Shown: in pieces, positions 38,184-51,489 of the stretch | Position numbering within the stretch: position 1 is the stretch's first letter | How the letters are laid out: the number at the start of each line of letters is the position of its first letter | DNA from: Octopus sinensis | Taxonomy: Eukaryota | NCBI RefSeq assembly: GCF_006345805.1 | Contig: NC_043001.1 | Location: 55,614,001-55,678,000 of the forward strand | Reading direction: 5' to 3' | DNA length: 64,000 nucleotides | Position numbers and translations under genes: made by a program | The notes under the pieces: generated by a model | Told to the model about the DNA's origin: nothing | Databases searched by the model: none | Seen by the model: the letters and a program-made list of their open reading frames with translations, nothing else

Positions 38184-39419
38184 AATTTACTAAATTTCTC
38201 TTAACTTTTAGTACTTACTTCAAACACGGTTAAACATTTCAACAAATTCCAAGTATTATTCATATACACTCTTATAACAAACCCTTCAGACTTGATAAAA
38301 ATAGCAGCCAAATTTTACTCAATGTGCATCAAACTGCTTTATGTGTGTGTGTGGACATCACTATGTGGTTAAAAAGGTTACTTCTAAGCTATGTGGTTTC
38401 AGGTTCAGTCCCAATATGTGGCACACTGGGAAAGCATCTAACCAAAGCCTTGTGAATGAATTTGGTGCATGTATTTGTATGTGCATGTCTACAAATTTTT
38501 GCATTCTGCAAGTTTCAAATGATAAAGCAGTGAGCAACAAAACAAGGTGAGAACCTCGTCATACTTCCCCTGCCAATAAATTTTCGACTGGCTCTGCACT
38601 ATCCTTGAAAAACGGGCAATGGTTAGCAATAAAAAGAGCATCTGGCTGTAAAACAATATCTCACAGTGGTAGTTACCATGAGAGAAACTCTCATATTGGC
38701 TTTTGGTGCAAAATGCATTCTTGTTATTATTGCTAGTGGGGAGATAAATCCCTGCTATCTCCAGCACTGAGACCACCAGATCATGTGATTTCAACTGTCC
38801 TCGGTCTTGTCAATGATGAACACTTAACCACTAGAGATAGCAGCAATTCATCTTCCTGAAGCAGCACATAGAATAACAGAGCCAAAACAAGCACTGGTGT
38901 CATGATTAGCCAGTGAACTTGTTAAAAAAAATGTATATCAGTGATAGAGGAAATATTATTACTGAGAAGTAATATTTATCTCTGCTTAAACGTGGATGCT
39001 CTGTTAGAAATATAGGTACAGGCATGGCTGTGTGGTTATGAAGTTCATTTCACAACCATGTGGTCTTAGGATCAATCTTCTTGTACAGTATATTAAGCAA
39101 GTGTCTTAATATGTGTGTGTGTGTATTTTAAAGGTTGGTCAAAGTACAAGCTTGGTCTTTTTTTACTAAAGATTTTTCATTTTTCTTATTAGTCACTTAT
39201 CTTTTATTTGGAACAATGGTGTTTCTAAATCCATTAGTCCATTAACATTTCAAGACATTCGCTGCCCATCCTCAGAATAATGTGATAGTAATAATGGTGT
39301 GCAGTTCAAGCACTTTGCAGTAGGTCAAAAGATCATTGGAATACTTTTATAACCAATAAAATCTCAATGTTATGTTTAAAAATTATACAATTAAAAAAAA
39401 AACCTTTTAAACTTTACTT

Positions 39420-39835
39420 CTAGGCATAGGTTTGGCTGTATGTTAAGTTTGCTTACCGACCACATGGTTATAAGCTCAGTCCCAAAGTGTGGCATCTGGG
39501 GCAAGTATCTTCTAACAATAACTTTGGGTCAAGCAAAGCCTTGTAAGTGGATTTGGTAAATGGAAACTGAAAGAGGCCCATTATAGATAGATAGACAGAC
39601 AGACAGATAGCTGAATGGATAGATGTCTTTGTGTCTGTGTTTGTCTTCCTTCACTGCTTGAGAACCAGTGATGGTGTGTTTATATCACCGTAACTTAGCA
39701 GTTTGGTAAAAGAGATTGATAGGCATAAAAACATTTTTTTTAATAATCACTGGCATCAATTCATTCAACAAAAATCCTTCAAGGTGGTGCCACAGCATGA
39801 CTACAGTCTAAAGACTGAAACAAGTAAAAGATGAA
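39420..39835 (+). mobile_element. SINE-A
   Basis: Two-module structure with a (GATA/GACA) linker. Confidence 0.8.
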
Positions 39836-40035
39836 AAGAAAATGGTAAGTCCTGGGATATTTCATGATCTATTTTACATTTGGTGTGCTTGTATCTTTAA
39901 ATTTAGGTTAGTATTTTGCTATTAGTAGAACTTTCATAATTATTCCTCTCATCTTTTTTGTGAAAGTTAATGTACAGAATTGTAGCGTTATCAACTTATG
40001 TATTTCTATTCCCTTTATTTTGTGTACTATAATGG

Positions 40036-40320
40036 AGGCAATGACAAATGACCAAGACCTTAGGCAATATACTGTGCTTGAAAAGACCTGTCAAGCCAAG
40101 TGAGCTCATAGTTGTGGTTGATGCCAGTATTACATAACTGGCATCCATATTGGTGGCATGTAAAAAGCACCCACTACACTCTTGGAGTGGTTGGCATTAG
40201 GAAAGACATCGAGCTGTAGAAACCAAGTCAAATCAGATTGGAACCTGGTGCAGCTCCCCAGCTTACCAGTTTTCAGTCAAACCATCCAACCCATGCCAGC
40301 ATGGAAAACAATGATGATGG
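40036..40320 (+). mobile_element. RTE-X-like LINE extreme 3' end (ORF end and 3' UTR)
   Basis: AMTNDQDLRQYTVLEKTCQAK* followed by one UTR unit and the family C tail. Confidence 0.82.
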
Positions 40321-41603
40321 AATGTAATGATCTGTGATGGCTTCTCAATGTAAATGCATGTTCAACTCATGAGAAAAAATCATAACTCATGTGTCCCATG
40401 TAACAGTTTGAATTATGAAGTTTACACCTTCTATGTAAACTTTGAAAATACCTGCATAGTTGTGGACTACCCTTTGGCAAGGCATAATACCCATTCAGTG
40501 ACCCTGCCAGAGATACAGTGAACTTATATGACTGTAGCATGGCGGATTGCGAAGAGGTCGTGGAAGAGCTCAAAAGAGCCAATGGTGTTTCTTACATTGA
40601 TACTGAGTGGAGGAATCCTAGAAGATCAATAGTCAGGATCACTGAGCTCTATTGAGAAAGTAGCTGCAATGCATCCATAAGTGTGGTTTCCATGGTTGTG
40701 TAAAAAGTTAATGAAAGATTCACTATGACTCAAGCTCTCAATTCAAATTCATAATAATGGAATTGGATGGTGACCAAAGGATCATGGGAATCTATGAAAG
40801 CAGAAAAAGCAAAAACAACAAAAGAAAAGCCTCAATATTTTACATTGAAATTTGTATATTATGTTTCTCTTAACTATGTCATGTGATTTGGTTAGGTTAT
40901 GGCTTCTTATTGATGAGGACATACAAGTACAGCAATCTTTCATCAGTTGATCATCATGTGTTTGCAACAAGGAGAGATATCCACAACTCGTTATAATACA
41001 ATGCACCAAATATAACTGAATTGCAAAACACCAGTTGACAGCACTGAGATTTTATATAGAATTCCGCAAAAGACAAAAGAAGTGGGGGTGAGGTGGGGGT
41101 GGGGAAGGAAACTGCAAGAACAAAATACAAATCTACATATATTTTTAAATATATATGAATGCATATAGACATATATTGACACATGTACATATGTAAATAT
41201 ATGCTTTTGTGTGTGTGTGTGTGGGGGGGGGGGGTGAACGGTTATGTTCACACCCACATGGTTATGTGTGTGCATGAATGGTTATGTCTATTTGTATAAG
41301 AAGAAGCTTTCATTCTTTCATGATCTGAATGATATCAGAGTGTACAGCAATGTATATTGTGTGTGTGTACATTTATGTGTAGAAAAACCTAGCCTAGAAA
41401 TTATCGTATAGCCATATTATTAAGTACACAATTTACACCCCATTAACGAACATAAATAACTCACAGACACATATACCTGCTTATTTGGGTATGTATGAAT
41501 GTGTGTGTGTGTACATGAATGTGTATGTATATTTATCATGTTTATGCGGGCACTTATATTCCTATTAGGTATAATTCTGCCAAAAATTGACTCCTGGTTG
41601 TTA

Positions 41604-41604
<1 letters not shown>

Positions 41605-41647
<43 letters not shown>

Positions 41648-42230
41648 GGTATTATTATTATTTATTTATTTATTCATTCATTTCTTTAAGTAGCAGCTGT
41701 CCCTTCTGGTCAATAGTCAAGAGTGTTTTTGCAAACCTTTGCACTTCCTACTTTCAGTCAGTCAGAAAAATTTCTGGGAGAACAATTTGTCGCCTACCCA
41801 ACTTCTTCCCCACCCATCAATCACCACTACTACTGCTACTACAACCACCACCACCACCACTACCTCCTCCTCCAGCACTGTTCTCTTCTCCCTGTCTCCT
41901 CTTCCACCCCCACCTCCCTTCATTGCATACACAAATCCTTCATGCTTGTGCTAGAGAAAACAGTTTCCAGCCTCTTCATTTCTATTTTCTTTATAACAAG
42001 ACTACCACCACAACCACCACCAATAATCATCATTACTACCACTGGTGCTGCTACCATCACTAGACAGGACCATCACACCCGACTGTCCCTAACACTACCA
42101 CCACAACAATCACCACAACTGTCATCACCTTCCTACAACCACCACCACCACCACTCCCCCTGGCACTCCTCCACTGTCATTACCCCACCATCATCAACAC
42201 CTCTCCTTAGTTACCACCACTACCACTGGT
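41605..42230. repeat. (TAT)n and (CAC/CAT/CTC)-rich low-complexity region
   Basis: Direct reading; explains the His/Pro/Thr-rich ORFs. Confidence 0.85.
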
Positions 42231-42624
42231 GTTTTTTCTGATACTTTTCATTTTTTATTTCATCTTTTTTTAATTACATATATTTATTTATTTTTCTAAT
42301 ATCTAGCCCTCCTTGAGAAGGCTCAGCCAGCACCCCACTTGCTTCAGGCCAGCCCACCCACTCTGCATCCTTGTTCAACATTCCTCTTAACACAAACATC
42401 ATCGCCATTCCCTTGTCCTCCCTGCTCTATTTTTTTCCATTCCACTTCATGCTCTTTTACTGGAAGCTTCTTGCATTAAAGATTAAGAAAGCTTCCTCTC
42501 TACCAACTTTTACACACATACCACCACCACAAACTCAGTTTTCCAAATGTAATGATCTCAGTTTTTCAACTCATTATATTCATTACATATATGAGACCCT
42601 AAGTTATGTAGTACATTTGATTCT

Positions 42625-43000
42625 TTATTCTTTTATTTGTTTCAGTCATTTGACTGCAGCCATGCTGGAGCACCACCTTTAGTCGAACAAATAAAACCCA
42701 GGACTTGTTCTTTGTAAACCTAGTACTTATTCTATTGGTCTCTTTTGCCAAACGACTACATTACAGAGATGTAAACATACCAACATCTGCTGTCAAGCGA
42801 TGGTGGGGGTACAAACACAGACACACAAACACACACATGCATACATATATACAAAGAGCTTCTTTCAGTTTCCATCTACCAAATCCATTCACAAGGCCCT
42901 GGTCGGCCTGAGGCTATAGTAGAAGACACTTGCCAAACAGTGGGACTGAACCCAGAACCATGTGGTTGGTAAGCATGCTACTTACCACACAGCCACTCCT
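42625..43000 (-). mobile_element. SINE-A
   Basis: Reverse-complement two-module match. Confidence 0.85.
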
Positions 43001-43424
43001 GTACAGAATATTCCATGAAGCATATTTTTACTAAGACTATTCATAATTTCCATTATTACTTTCCCTCTTTTCTATACATACTTCAACAAACTAGACCAAA
43101 GCTTGCTTTCATTATTTGGCTTTAAAGACAAGTTCTTAAGTGTATAGTCTTTATTTTCTAAAAAGTCTGGATTATTTAATGCTAATGGAGTAATTTCCAT
43201 TGCTTGTTTTTAAACCTGAAACAACCATAGAGGGATATTTTACCTGTTAATTGTACAAATAACTTCAGTCAAACAAAATTCTTCAACTCAAGATATTGCA
43301 TATTTGAGACTTTATAATGTATAATACAGTTACTCTTGTAATATAGAAATTTAGGACCTGCTTTCCTTGGGAACTCCTGTATGCTGATGACTTAGTTCTA
43401 ATAGCTGAATCTATAAAAGTATAT

Positions 43425-43830
43425 AAACCTTGTGCATTTAAAATGACCATATCCAGCCAAAATATTTTTCATTTTATGTTCAGAGTGACCAGATCTGGTC
43501 TCTCACACCTATCCTGCAGTGTCATCTTGAAAATAAATTATCACATCATCAAAATCTTGAAGCTACGAAATAATGCATAATTAATTCAAAAGAATTAATT
43601 ATAATAAATATGCATTCAGAGTAATTTGAATGATAAAAGGTCAAACAGAAATTCCAGACATGGAAGTCCAACCTGGAATTGAAGGATCTTAAAATAAACT
43701 TTAAAAAAACAAAAGTTATAAAATAGGAAGGGGACAAGACCCTTGATGCCATCAGGAAAATAGACATGCTATGGTATGCAGGAGATGTTTGTAGATATTT
43801 CATAGGAGTGCCCTGAGTAAACAAGGAACA
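43425..43830 (+). mobile_element. MITE-D remnant (about 43425-43640) abutting an RTE-X RT fragment (about 43645-43830)
   Basis: FQTWKSNLELKDLKINFKKTKVI resembles W...LE.KGLKVN..KTKV of RTE-X RT. Confidence 0.65.
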
Positions 43831-44149
43831 TGCAGGATGTTGAGCCTCATGGGAGATGACAAGGGATTAAGACGGCTGGCAATATGAGGTTCTTCAAAAG
43901 ACCTGCCCATTTCAATGAAACTGATTTCTGAAAGTGCTGACTATTTTGCATTCTCCACAGACACATTACAGTAATCCTTTGACCCCCCACCCCACCCCCA
44001 ATGACCCAAACTACATCTCTTCATACACTATGCCCACCCCACCCACTTCCCTGTTGTTGTAACCCAACATCACTCTAATCATTTTGCTCTCCTGTCCTCC
44101 CCTTTGCAAACTGCATCACTGCTATTCTGTCCCTCCTCCATACACCTGT

Positions 44150-44700
44150 GTTCACTCACTCACTGCATTCCCCTTTTCCTCTCCTCTCTCTCTCCCTTTC
44201 TCCTTTTGCTCTCTTGTGAACTCTCTGCTCACTCAGCCTATCCAATCCTCTGTATCACACACCACTTATATTCACTTCCTTGCACCTTGAAGGTATGCCT
44301 TGGCACATCTTCACCGTCACCATCTTCTCTCTCTCTCTCCTGCCTCCTCCAAACTTGGGTAGCCATGTATTTCCTCTACAGCAAAACATCTGTTTCTGTT
44401 TCTCTGTCATACTCTAACCTCTCATCATTTAGAATGAAGCCACCAATCGTAATACGACCCTGCTCTCAGTTGAGTGGTTTCTGTCCTCATGCAAATTACT
44501 AGGGGACCTTGTCAGTGAGTGTTGGTTGTCATGAAGAAAGCACTCAGTACAATCTGTAAAACAGTTGACACAAGGAAAGGCATTCAGCTATAGAAATCAT
44601 GCTAAATCTGACAGTAGAGCTTGGCGCAGTCCCCTCACTTACCAGTCCCTCTCAAACTGTTCAACCTTTGCCAACATGGAAAATGGACATTAAATGGTGG
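44150..44700 (+). mobile_element. Long pyrimidine-rich non-LTR 3' region ending in the family C tail
   Basis: Ends GGAAAGGCATTCAGCTATAGAAA...CCAACATGGAAAATGGACATTAAATGGTGGTGG; the upstream body differs from the RTE-X body. Confidence 0.55.
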
Positions 44701-45559
44701 TGGTTGTGGTGGTTGTTCTTTTTTCAGAGCTTGCAGATATTTATAACCATCAGCACTTTTCCAGCAGAAATTGATTTTAAATCTTTCCTTAATTGTTTAG
44801 CCATTCCTTCTTACTATTAATAATTCAGAATTACAAGAAACCAACCTTTACTATAAAAGATTGTTTTCTTTTTTTTTCCAGTACATTATAATATCTCATA
44901 ACTAAAGAAATATCCAAAATTTTCATTAAAGCATTAATCTGAGGATTAAATTCCCACTAATTAAATTAATGTCATGAAAAAAAAATATGTAGGAGGAGAA
45001 AACAAAGAAATAAAGTAAAGAGAAGACAAAAAGGAAAAAAAAAACACAGACAGAGAATAAAAGAAGGTTGTGAGAGAGATAGTTGAGGAATTTAAGAACT
45101 AGTGTGATCTGCTTCACCAAAAAGAAGAAAAAAAAGCCAAACCTGCCTATTGTTTGATAGATGCTTTTTTTTTTCTTTTTCCTTTTTTCAAATTTTTAAA
45201 ATTAGCTTTTTGCTTCAGAAATTTTGCATGATTTTCTATTTTATTTTTCATTGTTATAGTTTGATTCCATTTCTTCTTAAATATTAGTATTGCTAAAAAG
45301 TACTCTTCATGCAGACATACAAATTACATGTTCTATGTATCCCACCACTTACAAGTTAGCAGTATGCAAGTGACCTAGGGATGGGCAAAATGTCACTAAG
45401 CATTTTGCCATGATGCTGCCTTACTCAGTATTACTGAGGTTTCTTCTTGGTGAACATACTTTTTATGAATTTCCCTTCGAAAATGGCCCTTTTCTTCAGA
45501 TCCATAAAATATCTCAGCCTCCAATAATTACTGCTTACAAAACTCTGATAAGACTTTAA

Positions 45560-45781
45560 CCCTTTCGTTACCAACCCGGCCAAAACCAGCTCTGGCTCTG
45601 TAGTACAAATGTCTTGTTTTCATAAGTTTTGAATTAAAATCTTCCACCAAACCTTAGTCGCAATTTATGTTCCTAACACTAGCTTAAGGATAACTAAGTT
45701 ATTTTACTAAATTCTTTGTTTTATTTAAAATTAATTGAAAGAAACACAGAGCATCTCAAAATAAATACAGTAACGAAAGGG
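45560..45781. mobile_element. piggyBac-like MITE-G
   Basis: TTAA|CCCTTTCGTTAC...GTAACGAAAGGG|TTAA, a perfect 12-bp TIR. Confidence 0.92.
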
Positions 45782-45834
45782 TTAATGAAGCATTTCTCCC
45801 TCATCTAGGATGATACTGCAGTTATACACATTAG

Positions 45835-46110
45835 CATCTTATGCTGCATCCAGACAAACTACACTTGACTGATTAGCATAAAACCACCCCTGGAACATAC
45901 TCCAGCTTAAATTCTTTCCTCTGACTTTTCTACAGCTACAACAATGGATTTTGCTCTGTGGAACTAGCTGCTCTCATATCACCTCCATTCAGGCACTTGT
46001 CTCTTCTCCTTTCATTAGCCATTCTGTGCTCATGCTCATCCCAACACTAATGACTACATGCAGTCCTTCCTTTCCAGATCATCAGCTTCCTGCTCATATC
46101 TTTCAAATTT
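45835..46110 (+). mobile_element. CR1/L2-like LINE ORF2 3' fragment
   Basis: FYSYNNGFCSVELAALISPP...DYMQSF..QLPAHIF; probably the same family as 3230-3495. Confidence 0.7.
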
Positions 46111-46289
46111 TCACTTTTAGTATAATAATTGTGCCCCATGTCAGCTGTGGTCAAGTAAACTCAAAATGTAATCCATTCCAGCAATGACCATTGTCTTTTT
46201 TCTCCAAAACAATATTATCTAATATTTCTTGTTTTCCAAGTCAAAAAGTTATAATCTGAGAAAAATTTGGCAATTTCAGCTGCTTTTAC

Positions 46290-46424
46290 CAGTAATTGGG
46301 TGAGGGGTAACAATGTAGAAGCTCCCTAGTTGCATTATACCAATTCTTGTTGATGGAACAGATCTGAAAATGCTGAACTTCACAGATTGATGCACAGGTT
46401 GAAAGATATCAAAAGGAAGATGTA
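46290..46424 (-). other. Candidate 135-nt phase 1-1 exon (unverified)
   Basis: TTTTTTTTTTTTCTGTTTCTGTTTCAG| acceptor, one open frame (VHLPFDIFQPVHQSVKFSIFRSVPSTRIGIMQLGSFYIVTPHPITG) and ACTG|GTAAAA donor. No recognised homology. Confidence 0.25.
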
Positions 46425-47724
46425 CTGAAACAGAAACAGAAAAAAAAAAAAAAATCCCAACCATGCCAAGAACGGAGGAAGGAAAATACAAAATAAAAAA
46501 TTATGGTGGTGGTGGTGGTGGTGGTAATGATGTCAATGATTACAATGAGATATATAAGAAATAAGATGATGCCATAACAACACTGCACCTTGTATAGAAA
46601 AGTAAAAATAAACCTAGAAAGATAAAATACTAATTGCATTTCTCTTTCTTTATTCTTTGCTTATGTATTATGTGCCTACGTAAGAAATCATCATCATCAT
46701 CAATATCATTATTATTATTATCATCATCTTCATCTTTATCCTCCTTATTGATTTTTGTTCTGTCTTTCCCATCAGTTTTCAATGTCACTTCTGAATGAAT
46801 CGACAGGGTGTTATTCAGAAAGTCAATGTCTCACAATTTATTTTTATGAATCAGACAAGTATATACACACAAACACACACATACACATACTTTGTTGACC
46901 ACAAAACCTTCTTTTCTTCTTCCAATTAACTCCAAATAAGCCTTTTCTATACAAACTCCACTAATTATACAACAAAAGAATTCCATGATGGCATATATAA
47001 TAACCATTAGTAGATGGATGATCAAGATTTCTATGGATCCATATCAATGATTACACAGCGGTTTTTGTTCATCTGCTGGTACATAGGATAATGGACACAT
47101 TTATCGATTGACCTGTCCTAGACAATTGATTTCATGTCAACTTTTCTCTGCTCACAAACCAGACATGACACAACGTTTTCAGTGAAGTTTAAGTGATCAA
47201 ACTATGTATATAAGATGTGGTATAATAGACTTGCTTTCTTATGTATAAACCACTGTGAAGAAATTGGGGAGGAACACGACACACACAAACTAGTAAATTA
47301 TATATATATGTATATAAGTCTATAGATGTATGTGTGTATATATATACTTATATACATATATATATGTATGTATGTATATACATGTGTGTGTACATATATA
47401 TATATGTGTATGTATGTATGTATTCTGAGAAAGTAGAATTAATGAATAAGTAGAACGTGTATGGAATAGATGGCGGGAGAAATGGAAGGATATTGATAGC
47501 ATTCATGGGGATTTTTAATCGAGAGTTTTATGTCTGAACTCAACATTTGAAGATATTTTTCCCCATTGGCCTTTGACAGTCAATATAGGACAGCATGTTC
47601 TGATGTATAACATATAATAATGTCAATATATTTTTGAACAAGACATATATACCAATGTATTATCGAAATAGTATAGACGTATTAGTGGGAAAATATTAAT
47701 GTCATTGAGAATTGTTTGTACGTC

Positions 47725-48121
47725 AGGCAAAAGTTTTGGCAGCCTTCTTCAGGCCCTTTATGTTCAGAGTTCAAATCCTATTGAGGTCAACTTTACTTTT
47801 CATCCTTTCAAGGTCAATAAAATACCAGTTGAGCACTGGAGTCAATGTAATCAACTAATCCCTCCGATGAAAATTACTGGACTCGTGCCAAAATAAAAAA
47901 GTATTATATCCTTTTCTACTCTAGGTACAAGGCCTGAAATTTTTGGGGAGGGGGCCAGTATGATCAACCCCAGTACGCAACTGGTAATTAATTTATCGAC
48001 GGCGAAAGGATGAAAGGCAAAGTCGACCTCGGCGGAATTTGAACTCAGAACGTAAGGATAGACAAAATACCGGTAAGCTTTTCACCCAGTGTGCTAATGT
48101 TTCTGCCAGCATGCTGCCTTA
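47725..48121. mobile_element. Inverted tail-to-tail SINE-B pair
   Basis: Plus copy at about 47725-47895 and minus copy at about 47913-48121. Confidence 0.85.
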
Positions 48122-49457
48122 GAAAGTAGCATATCATGAAAACTCTCGGCTTTATTTTGCTGGGTATGATGGAAAGTGTCAGCTGCCCACAGCCAGCAAG
48201 CTAAGGTGACACTAGTTGACTGATCATATTTCAAAAACTATGTAGAGAACTCTTGCAGAACCAAGCAAAGATGATTTTTGAAGATGTTCAATCTTTATAT
48301 CTGTTGTCCTCCTCCTCCTCCTCCTCTGCTGCTGCTGCCACCACCACCAACTAAAAACATGCTGGCTCACAATGATCCAGTAAGAGTTTTTGCCATCCTG
48401 AAGAAACATGGGGAAATTGTGGAAATGAAATTCACTCCTCAACTTAATAGAAGGGGGATTCTAATTGAATTCCTCACCCCAAAAGAAGTTGTTAACATTC
48501 CTAATTTTTCTTTCATTTTGGTGAATGCAAGTAGATGCTAGTAGTGGTACAGAGCAGAAAATGGAAATGTTTTGTGCACGAGCTTTCTGTGTATATTGAA
48601 CAGCATTAAGAACTCAAATGTGGAATGTGGCTTTGGAAACCCATCATTTGCCTGCAACGAAGAAGCAGACTTACTATGGAGGAAAAGTTACTCCATGAAC
48701 ACATGCAATTTGAACAACTTCTATCAGTTAATGAAAAAGTTATGCCCACTTTTTCAGTACTTTTGGTACAATCTTCCCATGCACATGTGTATGCATGTAT
48801 GCATGTGTGAAGGCAAATAAGTGTGCATTTTTACATATAAGTATAAATATAGAAATATTAATAGATACATACACACACACACATACATAAGGATATTAAA
48901 GCATTGCCAACATATACACACATACTAACGAGCAAAGGAAGAAGTACAGCAACAACGTGGGTGGGAGAAAGAATAGTCATTTTCCAAAACGTGTACGCAC
49001 ACACACATCAGTAGGGCACAAAGTATATATATATATATATATATACAAGTACCTGCATTTACATGCAATGCAACTACATAAATGAAACTATACAATTCTG
49101 TTCCAGCTTTTGTTCCAAATATTTGAGAGGTAGAAAGAGAGAGAGAGAGAGAGAGAAAATGAAGCAGAGGGAATAGATATGAAACAACATGAACAATAAT
49201 ATTAACAAAACAAAAACAAAAAATAAACAAAAAAAAATGTTTTATGTAAATCAAGAACATAAATATCTGCTGCACTGCTATGCAACAAATACTGCAACTA
49301 AAGACATTCTGTCTTGTAATCGGTGCAAAAAATTTATTTGATAATTATATTTCCATTCTCTGTGTTATCATTGTGATGTTTGCTTTGATGTAAGTAATCT
49401 CATTGATTCATTGAAACATATGATCAATTACATTACACAGTTTGTTATTACCACCAT

Positions 49458-49502
<45 letters not shown>

Positions 49503-49704
49503 TATATGTGTGTGCATAGGCATGCATGTACATATATAACAGCATATAAATAACATATCTATAAACATCTATTTTATAAATATATACATAAATATATACA
49601 AATATTCATATAAAATGTATATTAATATACATATATATACTAAAATATACATGCACACATATAAACAGGTATTTATATGTAAATATATAATATACACACA
49701 AATG

Positions 49705-50365
49705 TATATTCTTTTATTCTTTTATTTGTTCAGTCATTTGACTGTTACCATGCTGGAGCACCACCTTGAAGGGTTTTAGATGAACAGATCGACTGCAGGG
49801 CTTCTTTTTTAAGCCTACCACTCATTCTATCAGTCTCAATTGTCAAACTGCATAGTTACAGGGTGGTAAACACACCAACACCGGTTGTCAAGCAGTGTTG
49901 GGGGACAAACACATACACAAACACATAGATATGTACATATATATACATATATACAATAGGCTTCTTTCAGTTTCCATCTATCAAATCCACTCACAAGTCT
50001 TCAGTCGGCCTGAGGCTAGAGCAGAAGATACTTGCCCAAGGTGTCACACAGTGGGACTGAACCCAGAACCTTGTTGTTGGGAAGTAAGCTTTTTACCACA
50101 CAGCCATGCCTGTGCCTACATATATATGTATGTATATATAAATATATATTATATATACATATATTTACATGAGTGTCTTGATGTCTGTTTGTCCCTTGCT
50201 ACTGCTTGACAACCAGTGTTGATGTGTTTATGTTCTCATAACTTAGTGGTTCAGCAAACGAGACCAATAAAGTACCAGGCTTAAAAAAGATAAGTTCTAG
50301 TGTCGATTCATTCAACAAAATATTCTTCAAGGTGGTGCCCCAGCATGGCCGTAGTTTAATGATAA
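49705..50365. mobile_element. SINE-A (minus, about 49705-50115) and a SINE-A tail module (plus, about 50170-50365)
   Basis: Tail modules in opposite orientations. Confidence 0.8.
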
Positions 50366-50546
50366 AAGGTAAGTGTACTGCAGTGATATTAGCATGACAG
50401 TTGATTAGAGCTGGATACAGTGAAAATCAGTTTGGGGAAGAGAAGTAGAGAAATGGAAATAGGAATGGGCCAGAGAAGGAGTAGGGGAATAAGAGACAGT
50501 ATTGACAAGACGGACATGGATCACATGTAGGATGCTGTAATATAAT

Positions 50547-50885
50547 GGGGCAGGAAGCTGGTAGAATTGTTAGCATGCTAAGCAAGATGCTTAGTGGCAT
50601 TTCATCTGTCTTCAAGTTCTGAGTTCAAATTCCTCTAAGGCTGACGTTACCTTTCATCCTTTCATGGTCAATAAAATAAGTACCAGTTGAACACGAGGGT
50701 TGATGTAATCAATTTGACCCCTTCCTCAAAAGTGCTGGCCTTGAGCCAAAATCTGAAACCAGTATAACTTACAACTTTTTTACAAGTTTTCCAACCCATG
50801 CCAGCATGGAAAACAGATGTTAAATGATGATGGTGATGATGATGATGATGATGATGATGTTGATGATGATGATGATGATGATGAT
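50547..50885 (+). mobile_element. SINE-B followed by a family C tail with (GAT)n
   Basis: Motif matches as for the other copies. Confidence 0.75.
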
Positions 50886-51489
50886 GTAGCTGAGTCATGT
50901 ATTGTTGAAACAATTGTATTGAAGGAATATATATGCTACAGAATATAATTTTGTATGAATGGATTCCTTTAATGGAAATTATGTACTGGGGATTGGATTT
51001 TTAATATATGTACATGAATATATACACACACAAACTTTTGAATATGTCTGCTATTCTCCACAATGAAAATAGGGCTGAGCACATTACCAAAACAAATTTC
51101 CATTCATGAGGGCAGCATCCACACATTATATGCTTTGTTTAGAAATATTCTCCTGTTCACAAAAAGTTGACAAAGAGTTGGATGATTTGACAGTATCTGA
51201 GGGATCCAAGTATTGGATTGTGCTCCAATGTCCATTTTGGCATATTTCTATGGTTCGATGCCCTTCCTAATGTCAACCATTTCTCAGCATGTGCTGCATC
51301 TTGTTTTACATGCCACCAGCATTAGTGAGGTCACCATTCAGCTTGTAAGAATATGAACCCCAAGATTTGAAGGGTTTTATGCTCGGTGATGAGAAGTTTA
51401 AGTATGGGAGGATGGGGCAGATAAAATTCTTTCTATTAGGGAAGTACCTAACCCCTCACATTAAGAATAAAGGATGATGAGAGATTAGA

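Noticed and set aside
41587-42241. 158- and 172-aa His/Pro/Thr-rich ORFs
   Set aside because: Trinucleotide low-complexity sequence with overlapping open frames and no splice or homology support.
48278-48820. Cluster of short plus-strand ORFs (MLAHNDPVRVFAILKK..., MEEKLLHEH...)
   Set aside because: No consistent frame, splice sites or recognisable domain; the lengths are expected by chance.
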